Of a stretch of DNA of 64,000 nucleotides, positions 44,482-54,161 are shown piece after piece. The DNA comes from Limnothrix sp. BL-A-16. GTDB lineage: Bacteria; Cyanobacteriota; Cyanobacteriia; CACIAM-69d. The DNA lies in the NCBI GenBank assembly GCA_041937175.2, contig CP166615.1, forward strand, positions 3,008,001 to 3,072,000, written 5' to 3'. Numbering within the stretch: the first letter of the stretch is position 1; each line of letters opens with the position of its first letter. The notes under the pieces are model-generated. The model saw nothing but the letters and a program-made list of their open reading frames with translations. It did not search any database and was not told the DNA's origin. The position numbers were made by a program, and so were the translations under genes.

Positions 44482-45168
44482 TTATGAAATCTTTTTAGCG
44501 TTCCGTAGCAACGTTTCGGTCATTTCTGCCAACCGATCGAGATCCACCTTGAGGGCTTGGGCCCGCTCTTTGGCCGCCAACTTCCGAGCGATCGCCCGCC
44601 GCGCGACCGGCTCCTTCCCTTGCTGCATGGCTAACAACGCCACCTCGTGCCAATCCCGCAGCTCATCCACAGCCCGGTTGTATTGCGGTTGTAGGTTGTT
44701 CCAAACCGGCTTGATATCCGCCAAGGCGCGATCGAGAATTGCCTGCACCTGGGCCTGCTCATCTCCCGACTCCGTAGGCTGATGCAGCACCTGATCCACC
44801 CAATCAGGATCGGCTTTTTCCAGGAAAGGCAAAAAGTCTTGTACTTGATGACTCACCGCCCGGCCCGTTTTGCACCAGGTGGCGAAATGCTCGCAATTAT
44901 TCAGCAGCAGACTATATTTTGTTTCCCCTAACCGACTGGCCGCGCGCTGGATTGTCGCATCGGGCAAATAGCAAGTGGCATAGCGCTTCACGGTGACCGG
45001 CTGAGTGCTGGCAAATTCCAGCAGGGATGTGCGCGTTACCTTGGGTACTTCACCGCGCTTGGAGTAATGGATCACGGTTCCATCACCACAATCAATCCCG
45101 TGATGCTCATAGGCACTTTGCAACCCGGCCAGAGATCGCATCACATAAATTTGGTCGCCCCACGCCAT
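44482..45168 (-). CDS. LRAT/NC-domain (permuted NlpC/P60) protein with PspA-like C-terminal coiled coil
   Basis: YEHHGIDCGDGTVIHY and NNCEHFATWCKTG catalytic motifs; C-terminal WHEVALLAMQQGKEPVARRAIARK. Confidence 0.85.
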   Translation of the reverse strand: MAWGDQIYVMRSLAGLQSAYEHHGIDCGDGTVIHYSKRGEVPKVTRTSLLEFASTQPVTVKRYATCYLPDATIQRAASRLGETKYSLLLNNCEHFATWCKTGRAVSHQVQDFLPFLEKADPDWVDQVLHQPTESGDEQAQVQAILDRALADIKPVWNNLQPQYNRAVDELRDWHEVALLAMQQGKEPVARRAIARKLAAKERAQALKVDLDRLAEMTETLLRNAKKIS

Positions 45169-45305
45169 GGGTCAAAATCCTCGCACCAAACCTCAAAACC
45201 AACCAACTTTCGACTGAATGGATCGCCACCGCTACAGTGATCGTGCTCATCGACAGTGATCAACGTAGCGATCGAGAACAGTTACCATCGCCCCTTAGCC
45301 CCTTA

Positions 45306-45438
45306 GGGACTGTCGTCGTTGAGCACAAAACCCTAGATCTGTCGTTAGCGGATCGCGGGGGACAAGGGGCTGGGGACAAGGGGCTTAAGCCCCTTGTTAC
45401 GACGATGAGGGGATGGAAGATCAAATGACGACACCCCC
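45306..45438. mobile_element. Second MITE-like element (133 bp) with 15-bp TIRs, TA flanks and a perfect 22-bp internal palindrome
   Basis: Left GGGACTGTCGTCGTT vs right AATGACGACACCCCC (12/15 inverted match), TA on both sides. ACAAGGGGCTTAAGCCCCTTGT at 45376-45397. Confidence 0.62.
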
Positions 45439-45810
45439 TAAGCCAAGAGGGGATTCGATCGAAATCGTATCCCCTCCAAGCTAGCGTTCTTTATGGACTT
45501 TCGGAATAACTTTCGGGTGCCGGGCCCGGTGTTCTTAGGAGGCAAACTATTCAACATGACATTGGGGGGGTGGTGTTCGGGAGCGTTTGAACCAGAGGGC
45601 TATGGGCAAGTCGGCGCACAGAGTCAGCAGCCAAGCTCAGCAATTCAATTCTCAGAACAGCGGCAACCCTTTGGACTTGGGTGGGAGAGCGTTACCCCAA
45701 CACCCCCAGTTCGGTTCACCACAGGAACAAAGCGGGAGATGGAGGCAGCTCACACCGAGTCGATCGGGTTGAAGTTGAAACGGATGGGAACCGCTGCTTA
45801 GGGCGCTGGC

Positions 45811-46008
45811 TTAGGGCGCTTGGAAACGCTCACCGAGACCCCACTCGTGCTTCAGAAACTCCTTGTACATGGTTTCTTTGACGATCATTTGGCGATACAG
45901 CTCAACCAAGAATTGCTGGGCCTGCTCAAGGCTCATGTGGGCTACCTGACTTTCGAAGGAGCGGATGTTGAACTGCTGTTCGAGGCTCAATTCAAATGAA
46001 TGATCCAT
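45811..46008 (-). CDS. nblA: Phycobilisome degradation protein NblA
   Basis: ELSLEQQFNIRSF..QVAHMSLEQAQQFLVELYRQM..KE...K...K.EWG. Start ATG 46008. Confidence 0.93.
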   Translation of the reverse strand: MDHSFELSLEQQFNIRSFESQVAHMSLEQAQQFLVELYRQMIVKETMYKEFLKHEWGLGERFQAP

Positions 46009-46172
46009 GGTAGTCACCTCACTGGGTGTAGCGGTTGCGAAGTCCCGCGCGATCGCCGAGTTGTTGTGTCGTCGTAGGGATTCGGCTCGATCGCACCGCA
46101 GATGGTCGTTGGTTTCGGTCTTGATCCCCGTGGGTGGGGCAAAGTCAAGGTTGAATGACCTATCTGCTCTTT

Positions 46173-46214
46173 AGATTATGACATCTTGTAACGAGTGTTT
46201 GACAAAATGCATAC
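46173..46214 (-). promoter_or_regulatory. Putative NtcA-type promoter of nblA (degenerate box)
   Basis: Minus strand GTA-TGCATTTT-GTC (46214-46201), then 22 nt, then -10 TAATCT (46178-46173). Confidence 0.5.
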
Positions 46215-46865
46215 AGTTTCACCTAAAGACTGATTGCATTTCCTCATGGTTCCCATCACGGTTGATAGCAATCCGGATGATTGGACACTTTTTCCCGATC
46301 GCCCTAGCGGGAAGCCAAAGCCTGTAACCGCGCGATGTTGGAGCGATTGGTTCCATTTTTCCCGATTGAAATCATCGATCGCGCAGGTCTGAAAACGGCT
46401 TCGGGAGACGAGGGCAAGGCAGCAGGGTGCTGCATCCCCAACCCAAGGCCACAACCCGATCACAGGGGGCGATCGGGGAAGTGCTAATGGTGTAGCGAAT
46501 TTTTCCGAGGCAAAATGCTTGTGGCCAACAAAGAGCACGGAGCCAGAAACTGATGGGTTACACCAACCCATCCACCCAACAGCTCGGCCCCTGAGTCAGC
46601 CGCCGGGAACGATCGGGCCAAAAAGCAACCCCTGCCTGGCATTGACGGCCACCAGGCAGGGGATTGATCAGCAACTTAGATTGAGCAATCGATCGGGAAT
46701 TCGTCAGCAATCGATCGGGAATTCATCGGGATCAAATCGGCAAATTAGCGATCAATACCCGGGTTCCCTGACAAATCATCATGGGTTGTGCCTCATTTCA
46801 GCTTCCCGATCGCTCAGTACCGCCCAAATATTGCTCAGTACCGCCCAAATATTGCTCAATATCGC

Positions 46866-47768
46866 TCAGTGGCGATGGAAACGAATGCCCAAAAACACGT
46901 CATACATGAAATTCCAAAAATTTTTTTGATCTCCCAGAATGCCCAAGGTTTGCGGCGATCCTTTCTGATCCAACAACGGCTTCACCCGTTCATAAACCGT
47001 TTTGTAGTGATACCAGGGAATTGAGGGCCAAAGGTGGTGAATCAGGTGATAGTTTTGCCCCAAAATCAACCAATTCAGCAGAGCACTCGGATAGACCCGC
47101 GCATTTTTCCAGCGATTGCGCTCCTCAAACGGCCGATGAGGCAAATAGTCAAAAAACAGCCCCAGGGCCAACCCCACCACCAACGCGGGCGAGAACCAAA
47201 AATTCATCACATAGCCAATGAAGTCCCAATGGATGCCGGCCCACACAATGCCCACCAGCACCATCCGACTCAGAAACCACTCCAGCAACTCATACTTGCG
47301 CCAGAGCTTGCGTTGGAAGAAGAAAATTTCGTGATAGAAAAACCGGGGTGCAATCAACCAGAGGGGCCCACAGGTGGAAACGAAATGATCGGGGTCATTT
47401 TTGGGGTCGTTGACGTTGGCGTGATGTTGCAGGTGAACCCGCGTGAACACGGGAAAGGCAAACCCCAACATCAGGGCGCTGCTGTGGCCCAAGATGGCGT
47501 TGACGATCGGGTATTTGTGGGCGGCGTTGTGGGATGCGTCATGAATGACGGTTCCCGACAGGTGCATCGCCAGCACATTGGCACAAAAACAAATCCAGTC
47601 CGGCCAGTGCCATAGCCAATAGCCACAGACGGAGAGCACCACAATCGCGGTGGCGGCCACCATCATTAGCAGCGTGGGATTAAACAGTTCCTGGGGTGGG
47701 TCGAGATATTCTCGCGGAACGTGCTGCACTGCGGTCGTGGGCTGCTCGGGGGCCACCGCGATCGTCAT
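46866..47768 (-). CDS. crtR: Beta-carotene hydroxylase
   Basis: His boxes HDASH, HLQHH, HLIHH; DPKNDPDHFVST, FFDYLPHRPF. Confidence 0.93.
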   Translation of the reverse strand: MTIAVAPEQPTTAVQHVPREYLDPPQELFNPTLLMMVAATAIVVLSVCGYWLWHWPDWICFCANVLAMHLSGTVIHDASHNAAHKYPIVNAILGHSSALMLGFAFPVFTRVHLQHHANVNDPKNDPDHFVSTCGPLWLIAPRFFYHEIFFFQRKLWRKYELLEWFLSRMVLVGIVWAGIHWDFIGYVMNFWFSPALVVGLALGLFFDYLPHRPFEERNRWKNARVYPSALLNWLILGQNYHLIHHLWPSIPWYHYKTVYERVKPLLDQKGSPQTLGILGDQKNFWNFMYDVFLGIRFHRH

Positions 47769-48085
47769 GGTCGCTCCTTGGCTGAGAAACGTTATGGTTT
47801 GTTAAAAATACTTCTAAGAATGATACGGCAACAACCCGCAATCCTTTTTAACCAATTGTTGTATTTCTCTAAAGTCTTGTCTTTCAAGCCTGCAAAGTCC
47901 GGCAAGTTCTGGCCAACCGGTGCAGAGCGATGCTGATTGATCCGATTGCTCATCATGGGCCAAATCCATGAGGGCGCAGAGGACGCGCAACCGCACGCCC
48001 CTGATCAATTAACACTGAAGGCATTGACTGAGAAGGGCAGAAAAGAACCCGAGTCGTGATCGATAAGCCGTGATCTTACATTTCC

Positions 48086-49093
48086 CTAATCAGGAAGGCG
48101 CACCTCATTGGCGATCGGTTGGTGTTGCTCAAAGGCGGTGAGGTTTTCAATGGTGGTGCGAGCAATGTCCCCCAAGGCTTCGCGGGTAAAGAAGGCTTGG
48201 TGAGCGGTGATGATCACGTTTGGGAACGATTGCAGCAACTGGAAGGTATCGTCCTGAATCACGGTGTCGGACAGGTCACGAAAGAAGAGTTCGGCCTCTT
48301 GTTCATAAACATCAATGCCCAGATAGCCAATTTGACCCGATTTGATGCCTTCGATCGCGGCTTTGGTGTCCACTAGTTGGCCGCGACTGGTGTTGATTAG
48401 CATTACGCCGGGCTTCATCTGATTGATCGCCTGTTTGCTAATCAGATGGTGTGTGTCGTGGGTCAGAGGGCAATGGAGGGAAATGATATCTGATTGGGAA
48501 AACAGTTCCGGTAAGGAGACATAGCGGGCTGTCCCGATCGTTTCAAAGTGGGTGTTGGGGTAGACATCATAGCCCAGCACTTTGCAGCCAAATCCGGTCA
48601 TGATCTGAGCCAAAATCACGCCAATTTTCCCGGTTCCCACAATCCCGACCGTTCGGCCATGAAGATCAAAGCCCAACAGGCCATTGAGGGAAAAATTATC
48701 GTCCCGCACACGGTTATAGGCTCGGTGTAGCTTGCGGTTGAGCGCTTGGATTAAGCCCACCACATGCTCGGCGACGGAGTAGGGAGAATAGACCGCGACA
48801 CGAGCAACGGTGAGGCCGCAGTCTTGGGCGGCACGCAGATCAACGTTGTTGTAGCCCGTGCAGCGAAGGGTGATCAGTTGTGTGCCGTTGTCGGCCAGAA
48901 GTTTGAGGGTTTCGGGCCCTCCGTCATCATTCACGAAAATGCAGGCGGCGGGAAATCCAGCGGCGAGGGCGGCGGTGTGGGCTTCGAGGCGAGTATCAAA
49001 GTAAACCAGTTCGTGGGGATGACCGGCGTTGGCGTTGGCGGCATCCAAAAATTGGCGATCGTAGGGTTCCGTGCTGAAAACGGCAACTTTCAT
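48086..49093 (-). CDS. ldhA: D-lactate dehydrogenase (D-2-hydroxyacid dehydrogenase)
   Basis: LRCTGYNNVDL, YSPYSVAEH, GTGKIG, INTSRG, DVYEQE, TAHQAFFT. Start ATG 49093. Confidence 0.9.
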   Translation of the reverse strand: MKVAVFSTEPYDRQFLDAANANAGHPHELVYFDTRLEAHTAALAAGFPAACIFVNDDGGPETLKLLADNGTQLITLRCTGYNNVDLRAAQDCGLTVARVAVYSPYSVAEHVVGLIQALNRKLHRAYNRVRDDNFSLNGLLGFDLHGRTVGIVGTGKIGVILAQIMTGFGCKVLGYDVYPNTHFETIGTARYVSLPELFSQSDIISLHCPLTHDTHHLISKQAINQMKPGVMLINTSRGQLVDTKAAIEGIKSGQIGYLGIDVYEQEAELFFRDLSDTVIQDDTFQLLQSFPNVIITAHQAFFTREALGDIARTTIENLTAFEQHQPIANEVRLPD

Positions 49094-49243
49094 AGATTTC
49101 CCCAAACTCTAAACGTCCCAAAACCCTTGAATCGGGCCTGTGGGCATGATGCCACGGAAATTTTGGGGATGGGCCGATCGCGCCGATGGCCTGCGATCGG
49201 CCCTGGTCCACTCCAGTCCCAGCCAGCAACCGAAATCGATCGC

Positions 49244-49627
49244 CTAGGACGGCTTGAGGGCAGTCACTTGGATTTCAATTTTCATAGCCGGGTCAGCCAA
49301 CCCCGCTGAGATCATCGTGCAAGCGGGGCGCACCTCCCCGAAATACTGCTTCAGCACGGGCCAACATTGGGGAAAATCCGCCGCATCCGGCAGGATGTAG
49401 GTGACGCGCACCACATCTTTCAACGAGGATTCGGCTTGCTGGAGAGCGGCTTCGATGTTTTTGAGGCACTGCTCGGTTTGCTCGGCCACGCTGTCGGAAA
49501 TCGTCATGGTGTCATAGTTGAAGCCCGTCGTGCCCGACACGAAGACCCAGGGATCCTGGCGCACGGCGCGGCTATAGCCGATTTCTGCTTCAAAGGACGA
49601 GCCGGAGCTAATCAGTTGTCGAGCCAT
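49244..49627 (-). CDS. RidA/YjgF family protein
   Basis: FEAEIGYSRAV, VSGTTG, FGEVRPACTM, KIEIQVTA. Confidence 0.9.
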   Translation of the reverse strand: MARQLISSGSSFEAEIGYSRAVRQDPWVFVSGTTGFNYDTMTISDSVAEQTEQCLKNIEAALQQAESSLKDVVRVTYILPDAADFPQCWPVLKQYFGEVRPACTMISAGLADPAMKIEIQVTALKPS

Positions 49628-49680
49628 CTCGAAACATCCCTAGGAAATGATTTTTGAACCATGGGATAGGATAACCGACG

Positions 49681-50901
49681 CTAGCGGGGCCGACTGTTGA
49701 CATACTCCCTTAACTTCTGGGCATCAGCAGAGTTGGGCCAGCGCTGAAGAACGATGTCTAGCTGGGCCCTGGCCTCGGCCCAACGATCTGACCAAACCAG
49801 GGCTTCGGCAATGCCCACTTCAGCCCGTTCCCGATCGGGATGGTCGGGCGGCAGTTGGGCCAGGGCAGCGCGGAAGGAGTCGATCGCCCGTTGCTGTTGG
49901 CCCCAAGTGAGATAATTTTTCCCCAGCTTCAGGTAAAAACCCGGCCCCTGGGGAGCGAGGGCCAGGGCCCGTTGATAGGCGCGATCGGCCTCGGCCGAGT
50001 CTCCTCGGGATTGGTATAAATCCCCCATCAGGTCTTCGACGATTGCCGCTTTGTCCGCTTCTCCCCAGGAATCGAGACCCGTGTGGGCATCCACCACCTG
50101 CCGCAGGGCCGCCCGGGCCGCCGTTGGTTGATAGCGAATGGTGAGCAACGCGCCTAGGCGATAATGACCCCAAACCAAGTCCGGCTCTAATTTTAGGGCA
50201 GTTTGATAGGCTCGGATTGCACCTTCATAGTCCATCTGTCGCTCCAGAACCATGCCTAGCCCCAGGTGGGCCTGGGCAAAGTTGGGCCGCAGTTGCAGGG
50301 CGGTGCGATAGGCCTGAAGGGCGGCGGTTATTTGCCCAAGGCGATAGGAGTCGTAGGCTAGCTCAAACTGGGCACTGGCTGCGATCGAGGGTTCCGCTCG
50401 GGTGGGGCCACTGTAGCCATTGCCCCGCAATCCAGAATCTGTGACCGGTTCCCCGAGGGGCGAAACCTGCCGTTCCAGGAATAAATCCAAGAAGCCATAG
50501 ATCGGATCTCGCTCGATCGCTTGGTGGTAGTAATCCAAGGCGGCGGCGGGCTGTTCAGCCATCAGATGGGCCCGGGCGAGTTTGAACAGGGCGATCGTGA
50601 CGGACATCTCGGCACTTTCTCCCAAGGCGCGGTAACCCGCCAAGGCTGTTTGATACCACTCGATCGCGGTTTCAGGATGCTGGGTGCAAAGCTGCCAATC
50701 ACCCAGATTTTCGGCGGCTTCGGGAGGGAGGGTTTTGCTGCGATCGGGAGCCGGTTGCAGGTTTTGGCAATCAATCAAAACGGGCAAAACCGGTGGTTCG
50801 AGCGTTGGCGAAGGCATGGCCCGGGCGATCGGCTGGCCAGGGGCCGTCATCCCTAGCCACAGTCCCCACCCCGCTAGGCTGATTTTGATCGATCGCAGCA
50901 T
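49681..50901 (-). CDS. Tetratricopeptide-repeat protein with signal peptide
   Basis: Repeated TPR patterns (AHLGLGMVL..GAIRAYQTALKLEP); hydrophobic N-terminus. Confidence 0.82.
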   Translation of the reverse strand: MLRSIKISLAGWGLWLGMTAPGQPIARAMPSPTLEPPVLPVLIDCQNLQPAPDRSKTLPPEAAENLGDWQLCTQHPETAIEWYQTALAGYRALGESAEMSVTIALFKLARAHLMAEQPAAALDYYHQAIERDPIYGFLDLFLERQVSPLGEPVTDSGLRGNGYSGPTRAEPSIAASAQFELAYDSYRLGQITAALQAYRTALQLRPNFAQAHLGLGMVLERQMDYEGAIRAYQTALKLEPDLVWGHYRLGALLTIRYQPTAARAALRQVVDAHTGLDSWGEADKAAIVEDLMGDLYQSRGDSAEADRAYQRALALAPQGPGFYLKLGKNYLTWGQQQRAIDSFRAALAQLPPDHPDRERAEVGIAEALVWSDRWAEARAQLDIVLQRWPNSADAQKLREYVNSRPR

Positions 50902-50926
50902 AGATGTTTGCTCCCTCTCCTGTGCT

Positions 50927-51664
50927 TTAGGGGTCGATCATTTCGGGATCTAGCCCCAATTCTCGCAGTCGGGCCGCGAGGCGATCGCCTCGCTCCCGTT
51001 CCTGTTCGGCCTGCTGCTGGGCTTGCTCGGCCCGTTGGCGCTCCTGTGCGGCTTGTTGCTCGGCTTGTTCAGCCCGTTGGCGTTCTTCCAACAGGGTTGA
51101 AAACGGCTGGCCATCGGGCCACAACAGCGTCAGGGTTTCCTCATCCCACTGGAAGCGAATGCCCAGCCGGGGACTGACCCAATCATGGGGATCGTCAACT
51201 GGCTCAAAACTCCCCTCCGCCCCCCGCATCAAGATGCTCAGGTCGTTGCGATCGGGGTCATAGATGTAATATTCCTCCACGCCGTAGCGGTGATAGAACA
51301 TCTGCTTTTTCATCATTTCGGTTAGGCGATTCCCCGGCGACAAAATTTCAAACACCACTTGCGGGGCGATGTTGTTTTCGCGCCATTGCATATAGGAACC
51401 CCGATCGCCCTTGGGTGCGCCAAATACCACCATCACATCGGGCGCTTGGCGAGTTTTGTTGTCGCCCTCGACGGGATACCAAAGTAAGTCGCCCGCGACG
51501 AAGACTTGGGGGTCGTTGGCGAAGAGCGCTGCCAGGTTGCTGTGGATCGTTTGAATCCAAAGGAACTGTTTGGTGTTGTCTGCCATCGGCTGACCGTCGC
51601 TGTCGGGATAGTCGATCGGTTTCGGCTGGATTATTCCCGGTGCGCTGGGGGTTTGGGCAATCAT
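50927..51664 (-). CDS. Uma2 family (DUF820) endonuclease-like protein
   Basis: YPDSDGQPMADNT, APDVMVVFG, PQVVFEILSPGN, GVEEYYIYDP; ERQRAEQ coiled-coil tail. Confidence 0.92.
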   Translation of the reverse strand: MIAQTPSAPGIIQPKPIDYPDSDGQPMADNTKQFLWIQTIHSNLAALFANDPQVFVAGDLLWYPVEGDNKTRQAPDVMVVFGAPKGDRGSYMQWRENNIAPQVVFEILSPGNRLTEMMKKQMFYHRYGVEEYYIYDPDRNDLSILMRGAEGSFEPVDDPHDWVSPRLGIRFQWDEETLTLLWPDGQPFSTLLEERQRAEQAEQQAAQERQRAEQAQQQAEQERERGDRLAARLRELGLDPEMIDP

Positions 51665-51753
51665 CGGTGGTTCCTCACGATCGCAATTGCTCCCATTATG
51701 GCAAGGGGCGATCGGCCGGGTCGGAATGGCCTGCGATCGCCCCTTGGATGGTG

Positions 51754-53997
51754 CTAAATGGTTCCGAAATCCGCCGGGTCAAACACCGCCGGACTCACCC
51801 CCTGCACAAAGGCCAACACCTCACTGCCAAAGCGAATTTCTGCCCCACCGCTGACCGTGGCAAAACTCAGGCCCCCAAAGGCCAAGGGAGCCGCCAGCAA
51901 AATTCTGTCCGTGCCGTCTTGGTAATCAGTAATCGTTTCCGTGCCCTTGCCGGAACCAATGATGAATCGATCGGATCCTGCGCCCCCCGTGAGGAGATCG
52001 TTGCCCAAATCGCCCGAGAGCAAATCGGCCCCGTCACCACCCACCAGGGTGTCATTGTCTTGCCCCCCAAAGAGGGAATCATCGCCCAAATCGCCCGAGA
52101 GCAAGTCTGCGCCGATGTTGCCAAAGAGGCTGTCGTTGTTTTGGCCGCCAAACAGGCTATCCGCATCACGGCCACCATACAGCTCGTCGTCACCGATGTT
52201 GCCAAAAAGCTGGTCGTTGCCCAGGTTGCCAAAGATTCGATCTCGATCGCGCCCGCCAAACAGGAAATCCGCGCCATCGCCGCCCAACAGGCTGTCATCA
52301 CCCGCGTTCCCAAACAGGCTGTCATTGCCCGCATTCCCGAAAATATTGTCACTCCCGCTGAGGGCCACCACCCGATCGTTCCCGGCCAGGGCATCGGCAG
52401 AATCGGCATTATCCGTCAAGTTCACGTCATCATTGCCAGCGGTGAACTGACCAGTGGGCGGCGGAGTTGTACCACCGCCACCCACGCCAAATTCCGTGGA
52501 GCCAATGTCGATCGCCCCATCGCGCGGCACACTGCGCTGATCCGTCGTCACGCCGGCCACGGCTTTTCCGGCATTAATGGCCGGGCTGCCCGCTTGCAGT
52601 AAATAGCCCAATTGCCCACCGCCAATGTCTTGCAGGGGCCCCAACTTGGGATCGACCACGATCGCGCTGCCGGTGATTTGTGGATCCTTGCCCCCGGGCA
52701 ACGAGGCCGGAAATTGCAGGTTATTGCCCCCATCGGTCAGGGTGCGGTTGGTTTGGAACGATTCACTAAAACTGTTGCCGGCCCGATTGTTCACAAACAA
52801 ACTGTTCGTGACTTCCACCGAAGACGCATCGTTTTTGAAAATGCCGCCGCCAAAGCCGCTGGCGGTGTTGTTGGCCAAGGTGACATTAATCAGCTTGTTC
52901 GCCTGATTGTTGGCAAAGAAAATGCCGCCGCCAATCCCCCGCAGCGGATCGGGATTCACCGCTTTGTTATTCCCGATCGTGGTGTTGATGATTTGCACCG
53001 AAGCATCTTCGGCAATCCAAACCCCGCCGCCTTGGGTTTCAGCATTGTTATTGGCGATCGTGCTGTTGCGAATGATCGAATCGCCCACGGCCAAGCGCAC
53101 ACCGCCCCCCAATCCATTTCCACCTGGATCGGCCACCACGGTGTTGTCAACAATGATTGAATTCTCAATCAGCGCCCTGTCCGGTCGGTAGGGATAGAGC
53201 GACAGCGCCCCCCCTTGGGCAGCAGCTCGGTTCGCCGAAAAGTAGCTGCTCCGAATGATCATCTGACCGCCCACCCCGTCGCCAAATTTGCTGGCCGCGT
53301 CAGCGTAGATGGCCCCACCTTGGCCCCAAAAGGCCGCGCCGCCTTTGCTGGAATCGTTGCCCACAAACCGGCTGTTCTCCACCAGCAGTTCGGTTTGGAT
53401 TGTCCCGATCGCCCCTCCGTTGGTTCCTTTGTTGTTGGTGAATTCGCTGTTGCGCACCACCAGCGTTGTTTCGGCCCAGCTTTGTACTGCACCGGCCCCA
53501 AACTCCACGATCGAGCCGCTATTTTTTTGGCTGGCCCGGTTGTTGTCAAAGCGGCTGTTGGTGATTGTGCCCTTGCCTTGAAACTCCAAGGACACCGCAC
53601 CGCCGGAGAAATTCTCCGCCTCGTTGTTGCGGAAGGTGACGTTATCGATCGTCAGGTTGACGCGAATGTCAGTGCCAATCCCCGCACCGGAAGTGCTGAC
53701 GTTGGTGGCTCCTCGGGTGCGCCCATCGGCCACGGTCAGGTTGCGAAACGTGGCGGAACCGCCCTGCTTACTGACATAAAACACCCGGCTACTTTCATTG
53801 CCGCTAATCACCAACCCTGGCGCATTGGCTCCATCGATGATGATGTCTCGATCGACCAACAGTTGGCCACCAGTGAGGCGAATGGTTTGGTTGGCCAAAT
53901 TGGGGGCGAAGGTGATGGTGTCGCCATTGGGGGCCGCCGCCAGGGCCGCACGCAAGGAGCCGGGGCCGCTATCGGCCAGGGAGGTAACGAGTGTCAT
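51754..53997 (-). CDS. Secreted beta-helix protein with RTX calcium-binding repeats
   Basis: DSGPGSLRAAL, GGAI/FxxN beta-helix repeats, SPAINAG..DQR..DIG, many GNxGNDxLFG nonapeptides at the C-terminus. Start moved to ATG 53997. Confidence 0.85.
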   Translation of the reverse strand: MTLVTSLADSGPGSLRAALAAAPNGDTITFAPNLANQTIRLTGGQLLVDRDIIIDGANAPGLVISGNESSRVFYVSKQGGSATFRNLTVADGRTRGATNVSTSGAGIGTDIRVNLTIDNVTFRNNEAENFSGGAVSLEFQGKGTITNSRFDNNRASQKNSGSIVEFGAGAVQSWAETTLVVRNSEFTNNKGTNGGAIGTIQTELLVENSRFVGNDSSKGGAAFWGQGGAIYADAASKFGDGVGGQMIIRSSYFSANRAAAQGGALSLYPYRPDRALIENSIIVDNTVVADPGGNGLGGGVRLAVGDSIIRNSTIANNNAETQGGGVWIAEDASVQIINTTIGNNKAVNPDPLRGIGGGIFFANNQANKLINVTLANNTASGFGGGIFKNDASSVEVTNSLFVNNRAGNSFSESFQTNRTLTDGGNNLQFPASLPGGKDPQITGSAIVVDPKLGPLQDIGGGQLGYLLQAGSPAINAGKAVAGVTTDQRSVPRDGAIDIGSTEFGVGGGGTTPPPTGQFTAGNDDVNLTDNADSADALAGNDRVVALSGSDNIFGNAGNDSLFGNAGDDSLLGGDGADFLFGGRDRDRIFGNLGNDQLFGNIGDDELYGGRDADSLFGGQNNDSLFGNIGADLLSGDLGDDSLFGGQDNDTLVGGDGADLLSGDLGNDLLTGGAGSDRFIIGSGKGTETITDYQDGTDRILLAAPLAFGGLSFATVSGGAEIRFGSEVLAFVQGVSPAVFDPADFGTI

Positions 53998-54161
53998 AGA
54001 TTTCCAGGAGAGACTTGTTGAGGCCTGTTTTAGCAGACGCAACTTCCTGAATTCGAGTGCCGCCCCCTGTGCCACTTACCTCATAAGCACCCTGGATTTG
54101 AAAAACCGAATCTAAAAAGCCAAATCTAAAAAGCCCAAACCGATTTCTCCAAAACCGGTTC

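Noticed and set aside
45493..45801. 102-aa plus-strand ORF between the MITE and nblA
   Set aside because: No recognisable motif or coding-like composition; cannot be supported.
50927..51664. Uma2 protein as a restriction/defence system
   Set aside because: Uma2 paralogues are abundant in cyanobacteria; no methylase or other partner adjacent.
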